A stretch of DNA of 64,000 nucleotides from Myxococcota bacterium (GTDB lineage: Bacteria; Myxococcota_A; UBA796; GCA-2862545): contig JBCCQY010000030.1 of NCBI GenBank assembly GCA_039208735.1, positions 9,815-73,814 on the forward strand. The letters are read 5' to 3'. Shown in pieces: positions 9,974 to 19,123 of this stretch. The number at the start of each line of letters is the position of its first letter. Within the stretch, counting starts at the first letter, position 1. Below the pieces are notes generated by a model, which was not told where the DNA came from, did not search any database, and saw only the letters and a list, made by a program, of their open reading frames with translations. Made by a program: the position numbers and the translations under genes.

Positions 9974-11455
9974 TCAATCGGTCTTGTCGGTCCCCGCCTT
10001 GAACACCTGGCGCGCGAATTCGTCGTGGACGCCGCGAACGCTTCGTACGCGAGTCCGGTTCTTCCAGTTGGTCAGGAAGGCGAAAGCGTAGCGCCGACCG
10101 TTGTCAGCGTCGAGATACCCCGCCAAACAATGGACGCCATCGAGGGTTCCCGTTTTACCCCTCATGCGACCCGGCTCGTCTCGCAGCCGGCGGTAGAGCG
10201 TTCCGTCAATGCCCGCAATGGCGAGCGAAGCGGTAAATTCGGCCCCCACCTTGGGGTCGCGGGCCATGTCGACCAACACGGCGGTGAGCACCGTCGGCGA
10301 CAACATGGCCTGCCGAGACAGCCCCGACCCGTTGATGAGCACCGCCTGCTGCTCGGGAACCCCGATGCTCTGCAGGTAGCGGCGCACCACCCGAATCCCT
10401 GCTTCGGTGGTCCCTTCCCCCTCGACCTCGTGGCCGACGGTGCGAATGACCTGCTCGGCCTGGAAGTTCAGCGAGTACTTGTTCATGTCCATGAGGACGG
10501 CAACGAGCGGAGGCGAGGGAACGTCGCCAATGATTTGCGCGTCAACCGGCGTGACTCCCGGCGTATAGCGGCCCTTCACTTTGAGGCCCTGGTCTTTCAT
10601 CACCCGCTGAAAGACCGAGCTGAAGTGCTTCGTGGGATGCGCCACCGTGCGCCGGTAGGGCACGCGTCTCGCATCCAGCGGAATCGTTCCCTTGACCGTA
10701 AACACGGTCTTGTTGGACTCGACCTCACGCTCGATCTGGATTCGTCGCCGCGACCGGGGGCGCCCCGTCTCAAGTTCGTTGATGACCTCGACGTAGCCCA
10801 TGGTTGGCGTTTCGAGTTCGACGTGACCCCGGGCCCCGACGGAGGCCCCAGGCCCCATCATCATCACGGCCGTGTTCATGTTGATCGACAGCGCCGAAAG
10901 CGTCGCGAAGTAGGTGGGACCGCGCTCGAGATCCTGCTTTTTGTCCCAGCCCGGAAGCTGCACGCTTCCCGAATGAAACGAGTCATCGAAGATGACATTG
11001 CCCGAGACGGTCTGGATCCCGTAGAGGTGGATATCCCGGACCATCTTCCACATGTCTTCGATGACGAAGGTGGGATCGCCATGGCCCTTCACGTAGAGGT
11101 TGCCCTCGAGCGTGCCGTCGGGGTTCACCTTGGCATCTTTGTCGATGTAGATCTCGGTGGTGAATCGGTAGCTCGGCCCTAGATTCTTCAGCGCAGTGGC
11201 TGCCGTCAGCACCTTCATGGTGGACGCGGGATTGAGCAGGGAATCGGAGCCCCGAGCAAACACCTCTTCGCCGGTTTGCACGTCCACCACTTGCAGACCG
11301 ACCTGAGCCTTATCGAACAGCCAGCTGTCAGTGACGTTCGAAAGTAGCGTATCGAGCCGATCGGAAGGGATCGTCCGAGGCGAAGTGGTGAGGGTGGGCT
11401 CCTGGGCCTGGCCCGGGGATACGAGCAGGGTCAGCAACCAAAACGACCGGAGCAT
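9974..11455 (-). CDS. dacB: D-alanyl-D-alanine carboxypeptidase/endopeptidase (PBP4, peptidase S13)
   Basis: PASTMK (SxxK), KYSLN (SxN), GKTGTL (KTG), GHGDPT, NGSGLSR; start at ATG 11455 with GGAG SD and signal peptide. Confidence 0.95.
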   Translation of the reverse strand: MLRSFWLLTLLVSPGQAQEPTLTTSPRTIPSDRLDTLLSNVTDSWLFDKAQVGLQVVDVQTGEEVFARGSDSLLNPASTMKVLTAATALKNLGPSYRFTTEIYIDKDAKVNPDGTLEGNLYVKGHGDPTFVIEDMWKMVRDIHLYGIQTVSGNVIFDDSFHSGSVQLPGWDKKQDLERGPTYFATLSALSINMNTAVMMMGPGASVGARGHVELETPTMGYVEVINELETGRPRSRRRIQIEREVESNKTVFTVKGTIPLDARRVPYRRTVAHPTKHFSSVFQRVMKDQGLKVKGRYTPGVTPVDAQIIGDVPSPPLVAVLMDMNKYSLNFQAEQVIRTVGHEVEGEGTTEAGIRVVRRYLQSIGVPEQQAVLINGSGLSRQAMLSPTVLTAVLVDMARDPKVGAEFTASLAIAGIDGTLYRRLRDEPGRMRGKTGTLDGVHCLAGYLDADNGRRYAFAFLTNWKNRTRVRSVRGVHDEFARQVFKAGTDKTD

Positions 11456-11630
11456 TCGCTCTCCATCCACGATGCAGGCTACAGCACGATGTCGCGATTC
11501 GCGAAGGCAGGTTCGCCGCAACCGCGATCTTCGCCGCCTGTGGTCAGGCGACATCATAAGCGCGGTACCTCGACCGCGCGACCACGGAGAGCGTCATGCG
11601 ACCTTGGTTGGAGGGGAGGCGACTCTGACC

Positions 11631-13013
11631 GTGCGAATCCTGGTGGTTGATGACGATCGCGCTGTGCGCAAGGCGTTGCAGGTCAACCTGTCCAAACAAG
11701 GGTGGCAGGTAACCCTGGCCGAAAGCGTGACCGACGCGCTTGAAGCCCTGCACGAACTCGACTTCGACGTCGTACTCACCGACGTTCGCATGCCGGATGC
11801 GACAGGCATCGATCTGCTGCGGAAGGTCCGGGCCACCTGGCCGGAGACTCCAGTGGTCGTCATGACCGGGTACGGCTCGGTCGCAGACGCGGTGGCGGCC
11901 ATGAAGGGTGGGGCCGCGGACTACCTCATCAAGCCCATTTCCAAAGACGAGCTGCTCGTCGTGCTGGACCGAACCCTCGAACAACGATCCATGCGCGCTG
12001 AACTCGTGGAGCTGCGGCGCGAGGTGCAGCAGCGCTATGGCTTCGACAACCTCGTGGGCACCACCGCCGCCATGGTAACGGTCTACGAACAGGTGGCTGC
12101 CGTGGCCGATACGCCCGCCACGGTGCTGCTCACCGGCGAGACCGGCACAGGCAAAGAGGTATTAGCCCACGCCATTCACTACCGAAGTCCAAGGGTAAAC
12201 GCCCCTTTCGTTCGTGTGAACTGTGCCGCGATCCCCGAGACGCTCATCGAAAGTGAGCTGTTTGGCCATGAAAAGGGCTCGTTCACGGGCGCCATCCGCC
12301 AACACATCGGAAAGTTCGAGCAGGCCGATGGCGGGACGCTGCTCCTCGACGAGATCGGCGAGATCAAACCGTTCGTCCAGGCGAAGCTGCTGCGCGTGCT
12401 CGAGAACGGGGAGCTGCAACGGGTGGGCGGCCAGACGACCCTTCGCGTCGACGTCCGGGTGATCGCGGCCACCAACAAGGATCTCGCCCAGGAGGCGCGC
12501 GCCGAACGATTCCGATCAGACCTTTACTATCGTCTGAACGTGGTCACGATTCGCGTGCCTCCATTGCGACAGCGCCTCGATGACATCCCGCTGCTCGTCG
12601 ACCACTTCTTGGCCAAGCATGCGGCACGCCACGACCGGCCCGTTCCAGAGGTCGATAGCCCTGCTCTCGACGAACTGAGAACGTACGATTGGCCGGGCAA
12701 CGTCCGGCAGCTCGAGCACGTCGTGGAGCGCGCGCTGATCCTGTCGCAAGGCCAACGCATCTCCCAGTTTGGTCTTCCCTCGACCGAAGACGAGCTTGTC
12801 GAACGACCCGCGACGCCCTCCATGTTGCCCCCGCCGGACGTGAAGCTGCAGGACTGGCTGCTCCGCTACGAAAAACAAGTGATTGTCGCCGCCTTACGCC
12901 AGGCGGGAGGCGTGCAAGCCAAGGCGGCCCGACGATTAGGCGTTTCGAGGTCCAACCTCAATTACCGCATTCACCGGCTCGGCATTCAGGTCAAGGACGT
13001 CGAATACGAGTGA
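11631..13013 (+). CDS. Sigma-54-dependent response regulator (NtrC/AtoC family)
   Basis: REC domain (ILVVDDD, DVRMP, KP), GETGTGKE, GSFTGA (GAFTGA variant), LLLDEIGE, WPGNVRQL, Fis-type HTH; GTG start after GGAGG. Confidence 0.95.
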   Translation: MRILVVDDDRAVRKALQVNLSKQGWQVTLAESVTDALEALHELDFDVVLTDVRMPDATGIDLLRKVRATWPETPVVVMTGYGSVADAVAAMKGGAADYLIKPISKDELLVVLDRTLEQRSMRAELVELRREVQQRYGFDNLVGTTAAMVTVYEQVAAVADTPATVLLTGETGTGKEVLAHAIHYRSPRVNAPFVRVNCAAIPETLIESELFGHEKGSFTGAIRQHIGKFEQADGGTLLLDEIGEIKPFVQAKLLRVLENGELQRVGGQTTLRVDVRVIAATNKDLAQEARAERFRSDLYYRLNVVTIRVPPLRQRLDDIPLLVDHFLAKHAARHDRPVPEVDSPALDELRTYDWPGNVRQLEHVVERALILSQGQRISQFGLPSTEDELVERPATPSMLPPPDVKLQDWLLRYEKQVIVAALRQAGGVQAKAARRLGVSRSNLNYRIHRLGIQVKDVEYE

Positions 13014-13014
13014 C

Positions 13015-13362
13015 CTACGGCAGATCGCTGTAGAGCGCGACCACTTCATCGCAGGTGAGCACGGCCGTGCTGTCATCGCACGACAGCCCCGCGACCTGGG
13101 GCCGGCCGATGTTGAACAGGGGCATGACGTCACAACACTCTTGGAGGGCCGCCTGCCGCTCGAACGAGGACAACCCGCGTCGTTCATCATCCCACTCTTG
13201 TTGGCACAGGTCGATGAAGTCTTCGCGGTCCGTCGCTCGCACATCGGTCCATGCGAGGGCCGAGTTGTCGTCGATGCAGGCGTCGAGACGGTCACCGATC
13301 GAGCGACACAGCCGTTGGCAGTTGTCACCACAGCCCAACAGCGTCACGAAGACCAGGAACAT
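13015..13362 (-). CDS. Small Cys-rich putative lipoprotein
   Basis: Hydrophobic leader with LLGC lipobox and eight further Cys in 115 aa. Confidence 0.6.
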   Translation of the reverse strand: MFLVFVTLLGCGDNCQRLCRSIGDRLDACIDDNSALAWTDVRATDREDFIDLCQQEWDDERRGLSSFERQAALQECCDVMPLFNIGRPQVAGLSCDDSTAVLTCDEVVALYSDLP

Positions 13363-13378
13363 GTGGACATCCGAAGAG

Positions 13379-13451
13379 TGGCCGGGGACGGAATCGAACC
13401 GCCGACACGGGGATTTTCAATCCCCTGCTCTACCGACTGAGCTACCCGGCC
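13379..13451 (-). tRNA. tRNA-Phe (GAA), CCA not encoded
   Basis: Cloverleaf GGCCGGG/CCCGGCC acceptor, GCTC/GAGC D-arm, GGGGA-TTGAAAA-TCCCC anticodon arm, GGCGG-TTCGATT-CCGTC T-arm; discriminator A followed by CTC. Confidence 0.97.
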
Positions 13452-13508
13452 CGTCGGGTCAAGCAACCCTAACGGTGCGCTCCGGGGCCAGCAAGCCACA
13501 GGGGTGCT

Positions 13509-13793
13509 TTACGCTCCCGGAGCGAGCCGGACCGTGACGGCCCCTACAACCTCGGCCTGGCAAGCCAGCCGGTGGGTGGGGGCGTCGAGAAACGGCTCCT
13601 CTTCCGGCAATCGCGGCGAGAGTCCCTCGGCGTCGCCCACCACGTCGACCCGGCAGGTATTGCAACACGCGAAGCCTCCGCATGCCGCTTCCATGGGGAT
13701 CTCAGCCGCCTCACAGGCCTCGAGCAACAGCGTCCCCGGTTCGACCTGCAACGTACGGTGGCCCTCGATCACCACCGGAACCGCGTCCCCCAA
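13509..13793 (-). CDS. 2Fe-2S ferredoxin (adrenodoxin/Fdx type)
   Basis: ACGGFACCNTCRV and RLACQ cluster motifs. Confidence 0.9.
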   Translation of the reverse strand: MGDAVPVVIEGHRTLQVEPGTLLLEACEAAEIPMEAACGGFACCNTCRVDVVGDAEGLSPRLPEEEPFLDAPTHRLACQAEVVGAVTVRLAPGA

Positions 13794-13808
13794 GGCTCCT
13801 CCCGAACG

Positions 13809-14144
13809 CTAGACGTCGAAGCTCTCGCCGCAACCACAAACGCGCTTCACATTCGGGTTTTCAAGCGCAAATCCGCTCACCAGCTCGGTATCGTTCCACA
13901 CCAGCATGGACCCTTGTAGGAACGGCAGGTGCAACGGGTGAACAAAGACCTTGGCGCCTTCATGTTCAAACACAAGGTCGTCGTCTTCGGGGCTCGCTTC
14001 GAATTCGAGCTGGTAGGCGTAGCCCGAACAGCCACCATCCTGTAAACCAACGCGAAGGCCCACGTAGTCACCCTCGCGCTTGTGGGTCACTTCGCGAATG
14101 CGTTCGGCAGCCCGGTCCGTCATGCTGATCATTCGACCCTCCAT
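13809..14144 (-). CDS. iscA: A-type Fe-S carrier (IscA/SufA/HesB family)
   Basis: GGCSG and NPN...CGCGESF motifs. Confidence 0.92.
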   Translation of the reverse strand: MEGRMISMTDRAAERIREVTHKREGDYVGLRVGLQDGGCSGYAYQLEFEASPEDDDLVFEHEGAKVFVHPLHLPFLQGSMLVWNDTELVSGFALENPNVKRVCGCGESFDV

Positions 14145-14205
14145 GGACTGCCCATAGCATCCTCGTACCGGTGGAGATACGCCACCGGCGGACCCCGGGA
14201 CCTTC

Positions 14206-14826
14206 GTGCGCCTGATCTTCGTCGACGCTTATGATTCGTTTACTTACAACCTGGTACACGGCTTACAACTAGCGGGGCCTCGCGTCCAGGTCGTGCGGTG
14301 CGACGAGGTCGACCCGGGGAGTTTGCGGGCCGCAGATGCAGTGGTTCTCGGCCCTGGACCCGGAGAACCCCACGAGGCCGGCTGTTTTATCGAGGCCGTT
14401 CACGAGCTGCTCGGTCGCGTACCGCTGCTGGGCGTTTGCTTGGGCCACCAGGCCCTGGGCATCGCGCTGGGAGCCCGCTTGCGGCGTCATGAGCCGGTCC
14501 ATGGCCACGCCACCCCGGTCATTCACGATGGAACGGGCTTGTTTGCAGGTCTTCCGCCTCGCGCTCCCATGACCCGGTACCACTCGCTGGTCATCGACGA
14601 CCTCCCTCCTTCGCTACGGGCTTGCGCCTTCAGCGATGACCAAGCCATCATGGGTGTCGCCCACACCGAGCACCCCGCCTGGGGCGTCCAGTTCCATCCC
14701 GAGTCGGTGCTTTCAGGTCCCGCGGGACTGGGGCTCCTCGCGCGCTTCGTGTCGCTCGCAAGCGCCTGGCATCGTCAGCCCTCGTCGCCCATCACTCCTG
14801 GTCGGGCTTCCAGCGCGATTCGGTAG
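14206..14826 (+). CDS. Glutamine amidotransferase, TrpG/PabA family
   Basis: DAYDSFTYNL, GPGPGEP, GVCLGHQ, RYHSL, QFHPES. Confidence 0.93.
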   Translation: MRLIFVDAYDSFTYNLVHGLQLAGPRVQVVRCDEVDPGSLRAADAVVLGPGPGEPHEAGCFIEAVHELLGRVPLLGVCLGHQALGIALGARLRRHEPVHGHATPVIHDGTGLFAGLPPRAPMTRYHSLVIDDLPPSLRACAFSDDQAIMGVAHTEHPAWGVQFHPESVLSGPAGLGLLARFVSLASAWHRQPSSPITPGRASSAIR

Positions 14827-15116
14827 ATCTGCCACGGCAGTTGGGCCAGCACGGCCAGAAACAGCAACGGGCCGAGCGGGTTCATCTGGAACGCTTCCGC
14901 CACATGGCCATGGGCAAGGAACGAAAAGCTACGGGTCAGGCCACATCCAGGGCAGGAGTACCCCGTAATGAGGCGAAAGGTGCAGAGAACAGGGACATCG
15001 TAGCCAAAGAGGGTCACGACCTCGTTCGAAGGCGTAAGGGTGAAGGCCAGCACGAGGATGAGCGCGCTTCCGCCCAGCACCCACCAGCGTCCCGATTGAA
15101 GCCAAACCAGATTCAT
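14775..15116 (-). CDS. DUF2752-like membrane protein
   Basis: CxF-x2-TG-x2-CPGCGLTRS and NP motif flanked by TM segments; ATGA overlap with nusB. Confidence 0.8.
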   Translation of the reverse strand: MNLVWLQSGRWWVLGGSALILVLAFTLTPSNEVVTLFGYDVPVLCTFRLITGYSCPGCGLTRSFSFLAHGHVAEAFQMNPLGPLLFLAVLAQLPWQIYRIALEARPGVMGDEG

Positions 15117-15565
15117 GAACGACTCTCGAGGCGACCCAACTGGCGCGCCATGCGGTCCACAATCCCATTGACGAACGCCCGCGAGTCGGCGGTGCCAAAG
15201 CGTTTCGCGAGTTCGATCGCCTCGTTGATGGCGACGTTCACAGGAATATCGGGTGCCTCCCGAAGCTCATACGCCGCCATGCGCAGAACATTGCGATCGA
15301 CGAGTGGCATACGGACGAGCCGCCAATTGTTGGACGCCGCTTCGATGAGCGCATCCAATGCTTCGCGGTTGACCTCGACCCCGTGGGCGATGCGCTGGGC
15401 GAACTCGACCTCCTCACTCTCGGGAGCCCGCTGTCCGTCGATGCCCTCACCGTCCATCAGGCCCGACCACAGGTCGTTGAGGGCAGCCGCCGCGCTCACC
15501 TGGCGCAGGTCTGCCTCGAACAGTGCCTGAAGCGCGAACTGTCGAGCTCGGCGCCGCGACGCCAT
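15113..15565 (-). CDS. nusB: Transcription antitermination factor NusB
   Basis: RRRARQFALQALF, VAINEAIELAKRFG, FVNGIVD; follows ribH. Confidence 0.96.
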   Translation of the reverse strand: MASRRRARQFALQALFEADLRQVSAAAALNDLWSGLMDGEGIDGQRAPESEEVEFAQRIAHGVEVNREALDALIEAASNNWRLVRMPLVDRNVLRMAAYELREAPDIPVNVAINEAIELAKRFGTADSRAFVNGIVDRMARQLGRLESRS

Positions 15566-16032
15566 CAGTCCTCCAGCGTGCGCAGGACCGAGACCATTTC
15601 GAGTGCCGTGACCGCGGCATGGCGGCCCTGGTTCCCAGCCTTGGTTCCGGCACGCTCGAGGGCCTGCTCGATCGAATCGGTTGTCAGAACGCCAAAGATG
15701 ACGGGCACATCCGTTTCGAGCGAAATGTGAGCGCAACCGCCCGCCACCGCATTGACCACCACATCGAAATGGGGTGTGGCACCGCGAATCACGGCGCCCA
15801 GCGCAATGACGGCGTCATAGCGGCCCGACTTCGCCGCCCGACTGCAGACCACCGGCACTTCCATGGCGCCAGGGACCCAGAACAGGTCGATCTGGTCTTC
15901 GGGAACGTCGTGGCGCACCAAGGAGTCCTGCGCCCCCTTCACCAACGAATCGACGACCAGCTCGTTGAAGCGGCTGGCCACGAGTGCGTAGCGGCCCCCG
16001 ACTGCGGAGAGTCCACCCTTGTGAATGTTCAT
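15565..16032 (-). CDS. ribH: 6,7-dimethyl-8-ribityllumazine synthase
   Basis: SRFN, VPGAMEVP, IRGATPHFD, FGVLT, QALERAG. Confidence 0.97.
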   Translation of the reverse strand: MNIHKGGLSAVGGRYALVASRFNELVVDSLVKGAQDSLVRHDVPEDQIDLFWVPGAMEVPVVCSRAAKSGRYDAVIALGAVIRGATPHFDVVVNAVAGGCAHISLETDVPVIFGVLTTDSIEQALERAGTKAGNQGRHAAVTALEMVSVLRTLED

Positions 16033-17213
16033 GGGTGACGTCCCCCCGGCGTCATCAGCGGCACGCGTTCATCGACGCGTAGGCCGTACGCCTCGACGCC
16101 TACAATGGCTCGGCGCGACGACGTGAGCAACCGCAGATCCCGAAGCCCAAGGTCCACGAGGATTTGACAACCCATGCCCAGATCGCGCAACGCATCGGCC
16201 CGGGGGATCGATGCCGCCTCACTGTGGCCTTCGAATTGTGCGAGGAAGCTTCGTTTCAGAGCGGACATCGGTGATGAAAGGTGCATGAACACCACCACCC
16301 CTTCGCCCGCGTTGGCCACCGCTTCGAGCGCGGCATGGGCGGACCGACCCAATGGAGCATCCTGGGGCGACAGAAAGGCCCAGGGCGGCGGGGCGGCTTG
16401 GACGCGCACCAGCGTTGGGTCCGGGGACAGGTCGCCCTTCCAAAGGGCTTGATGGAGCCCTCCGGTGCCCACCCCGGTGTAGAGCCGCGTTTTCCACTCC
16501 CCGAGACCATCAATCGAAACGGACCCTTCACCCTCACGCTTCACGACGCGTTCGGTGCGCATCCGGTACTTGATGATGTCGGCCACGGCCGCAATGCGAA
16601 TCTGATGACGCCGGCCAAAATCCTTGAGTTCCGGCAGTCGAGCCATCGACCCGTCGTCGTTCATGATTTCGCAGATGACGCCACTGGGATGCAGGCCCCC
16701 AAGACGGGCCAAGTCGACCGATCCTTCGGTTTGGCCTACCCGCTCGAGCACACCGCCATCGCGTGCGCGCAACGGAAAGATGTGGCCTGGGGTCACGATG
16801 TCGCGAGGGGTGGCATCGCCGCGAATCGCCGTCAGCACCGTGTGCGCTCGATCGGCGGCGGAAATGCCCGTCGTGACGCCTTCACGGGCTTCGATCGAGA
16901 CCGTGAACGCCGTCTGGTAGGCGCTTTGATTGCTCGTGGCCATCATCGGCAGCCCTAGCCGATCAACCTGCGAGGACGTGATCGACAGGCAAATGAGCCC
17001 TCGCGCATGCGTCGCCATGAAGTTGATCGCCTCGGGCGTCACCTTCTCGGCTGCAATCACGATGTCGCCCTCGTTCTCGCGATCCTCATCGTCCACGAGG
17101 ATGATCATTTTGCCCTGGCGAAGGTCCTGCATCGCAAGCTCGACCCGTCGGATCGGATCGGGATGGAGGACCTCAAAGGACTCAGAAGCAGAATTTTCGA
17201 GGGGATTGGACAT
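16029..17213 (-). CDS. ribB: DHBP synthase fused to degenerate GTP cyclohydrolase II domain (RibBX-type)
   Basis: [48 protein letters not shown]-domain lacks the Zn-binding cysteines. Confidence 0.92.
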   Translation of the reverse strand: MSNPLENSASESFEVLHPDPIRRVELAMQDLRQGKMIILVDDEDRENEGDIVIAAEKVTPEAINFMATHARGLICLSITSSQVDRLGLPMMATSNQSAYQTAFTVSIEAREGVTTGISAADRAHTVLTAIRGDATPRDIVTPGHIFPLRARDGGVLERVGQTEGSVDLARLGGLHPSGVICEIMNDDGSMARLPELKDFGRRHQIRIAAVADIIKYRMRTERVVKREGEGSVSIDGLGEWKTRLYTGVGTGGLHQALWKGDLSPDPTLVRVQAAPPPWAFLSPQDAPLGRSAHAALEAVANAGEGVVVFMHLSSPMSALKRSFLAQFEGHSEAASIPRADALRDLGMGCQILVDLGLRDLRLLTSSRRAIVGVEAYGLRVDERVPLMTPGGRHP

Positions 17214-17318
17214 GACAGCTCCGATGAGGTGGCGTCCGACCGGAGACGTAACTCTCCCGCCAAGCAGCCAGGCCAGCCTCTCGGCTATGCTCCGGAATCT
17301 CGGAACCTGGAGAACCGT

Positions 17319-18770
17319 ATGGTCCGCACGTTGATGGTGCTCGCGATGGCAACCGGCTGTTTCCTCGAAAGGAACGGGAACGGAACAGATACCCCCGATC
17401 CCGGCACGGCTGACCCCACTCAACCCACCGACAACCCGGATACCAACCCCGATCCTGACCCCACGAACCCCGATCCTGACCCCGATCCCGACCCCGCAGG
17501 CGTCATCGATGACCTGGCGTGGCAGCACAATGCCCATCACCTGGGGCCGTTCAGCGTCTACTGGACCCAAACCGAAGCTGCGACCGTGTTCGTCGAGTAC
17601 CAGGTTGATGGCGCCTGGGAGCGGACCCGGGCCGTCGATGGATTGAAAGGCAACAACGAGGCGACGGTCATTGGCGTTCCCCTTGGAATGACCGCGGATT
17701 GGCGCGTTGTCATGGAAGATGGGTCGCTGACCGTCGATGCCGACAAGCCTCTCGTGGCGCGCCCCGCCGATCCCGACATGCCGATTGCCACGATCGATGT
17801 GAACGACGCCACGCTGTGGTCCGGCGACTACGTGCTCGTCTCGATCAATGAGACAGGCTGTGATTGGTGTGGCGGCGTCTATTGGCTCTTCATCATCGAC
17901 CGGGCCGGCCGTCCGGTATGGGCCACCCGTACCGGGGGCACCGACCTTCGCGCCATCCTTTACGCCCAGATCTCGCAGTCGGGCGACAGCATCCTGTGGG
18001 ACGAGATCCATTGGCGCGACCGCGAAGATTCCGAAGCCCATCGGACCTACCTCGATGAGCCGATCGAAGACATCGACATCCCAGGACATCACCACTCGAT
18101 GCTCGAACTGCCGGACGGCACGATTGCGTGGGCGGCCGAGCTATCCAACGGAAGTGAAGGGCTGCTGGAACTCGCTCCCGGCGCCACCGCTCCGACCGAG
18201 GTGTGGTCTTGCTCCGATTGGAGCGTCGCGTTGCAGTGCTTTGGCGGTGGTTCCAACTCGATTTGGTACGACGCGGCCACCGATAGCTACGTCTACAGCT
18301 GGTGGTCGATGGAATCGGTGGTGGAAGTCGACCGCGCAAGCGGCACGTCAACCTGGTGGTCGCGCGGTCGCTTCAGCAACGACATGATCTTCGATGAGCC
18401 CGGTGAATACGGCTTCGAGCCCGATTCGTCCCGGTTCCGGTGGCAGCACGGCCTTGAAATCCTGCCCAACGGCAACCTGCTGGCCTCGACCGACGAAAAC
18501 GGCACGACCTGGGTCCGCGAGTATGAGATCGACCGGACCGACGAAGTGCTGCGCGACGTTTGGGGCTTCAACTCCGGTGAGTACGCGCAGTACAACGGCG
18601 ACACGCGCCGACTGCCTAACGGCAACACCCTGCACGGCTTGGGCGCGCGTTCTCAGCTCTACGAGGTCACCACGACGGGAACCGTCGCGTGGTGGGCCAC
18701 ATGGTCGCGCGACAAGATGCTGGGCCGCGCAGAGATCATCGACGACCTGTACGACCTGGTCGCTCCGTAA
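17319..18770 (+). CDS. Arylsulfate sulfotransferase-like beta-propeller lipoprotein
   Basis: Lipobox ATGC, Asp-Pro linker, HHH-x3-ELPDG, NSIWYD, WQHG, RLPNGNTL. Confidence 0.65.
   Translation: MVRTLMVLAMATGCFLERNGNGTDTPDPGTADPTQPTDNPDTNPDPDPTNPDPDPDPDPAGVIDDLAWQHNAHHLGPFSVYWTQTEAATVFVEYQVDGAWERTRAVDGLKGNNEATVIGVPLGMTADWRVVMEDGSLTVDADKPLVARPADPDMPIATIDVNDATLWSGDYVLVSINETGCDWCGGVYWLFIIDRAGRPVWATRTGGTDLRAILYAQISQSGDSILWDEIHWRDREDSEAHRTYLDEPIEDIDIPGHHHSMLELPDGTIAWAAELSNGSEGLLELAPGATAPTEVWSCSDWSVALQCFGGGSNSIWYDAATDSYVYSWWSMESVVEVDRASGTSTWWSRGRFSNDMIFDEPGEYGFEPDSSRFRWQHGLEILPNGNLLASTDENGTTWVREYEIDRTDEVLRDVWGFNSGEYAQYNGDTRRLPNGNTLHGLGARSQLYEVTTTGTVAWWATWSRDKMLGRAEIIDDLYDLVAP
17388..17497 (+). repeat. 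Low-complexity Asp-Pro/Thr linker repeat within the lipoprotein gene
   Basis: AACCCCGATCCTGACCCC occurs twice (17446, 17467) amid further GAYCCN units. Confidence 0.75.
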
Positions 18771-18782
18771 GCGGAACCGCGC

Positions 18783-19052
18783 CTAAGAGTCGCCGGACTC
18801 GCCGCCCCCGAGAAGCGCGGCGAGCTTCTGGTAGCCCTCCTTCAACTCATCGGTGACCTTCTGGACGGTGCTTTCCACCGTCTCACTCGCCACCGCAGCG
18901 GCCTGCTCGACATCGCGCTTAGCCTCTTCAAACCGGCTCTCGAGCTTGGCCCACTCGTCTTTGGCGTCCATGGACGCCAAGTGCATTTGCAACTTTAGGC
19001 GATCCCGCAGCTGCTCAAGTTCCTGCAAGGGAGATGGCTTATCGTCGGACAT
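18783..19052 (-). CDS. Small helical hypothetical protein
   Basis: MSDDKP start after AAGGAGGAG SD; LRDRLKLQMHLASMDAKDEW coiled-coil motif. Confidence 0.75.
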   Translation of the reverse strand: MSDDKPSPLQELEQLRDRLKLQMHLASMDAKDEWAKLESRFEEAKRDVEQAAAVASETVESTVQKVTDELKEGYQKLAALLGGGESGDS

Positions 19053-19123
19053 GGGTGCTCCTCCTTCGGATGGGCACCGAAAGGATAAGGACGCGGCAAG
19101 GGGTCGGAAACCCCGGGGGACCG

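Noticed and set aside
13379..13451. tRNA-Phe as an island integration site
   Set aside because: No integrase, no duplicated tRNA 3' end seen and no obvious compositional shift.
17388..17497. Short tandem repeats as a possible CRISPR or VNTR
   Set aside because: In-frame Asp-Pro linker codons; no spacers and no cas genes.
17214..18095. Apparent 290-aa N-terminal extension of RibB in the ORF track
   Set aside because: It is antisense to the lipoprotein gene at 17319; RibB homology starts near 17213.
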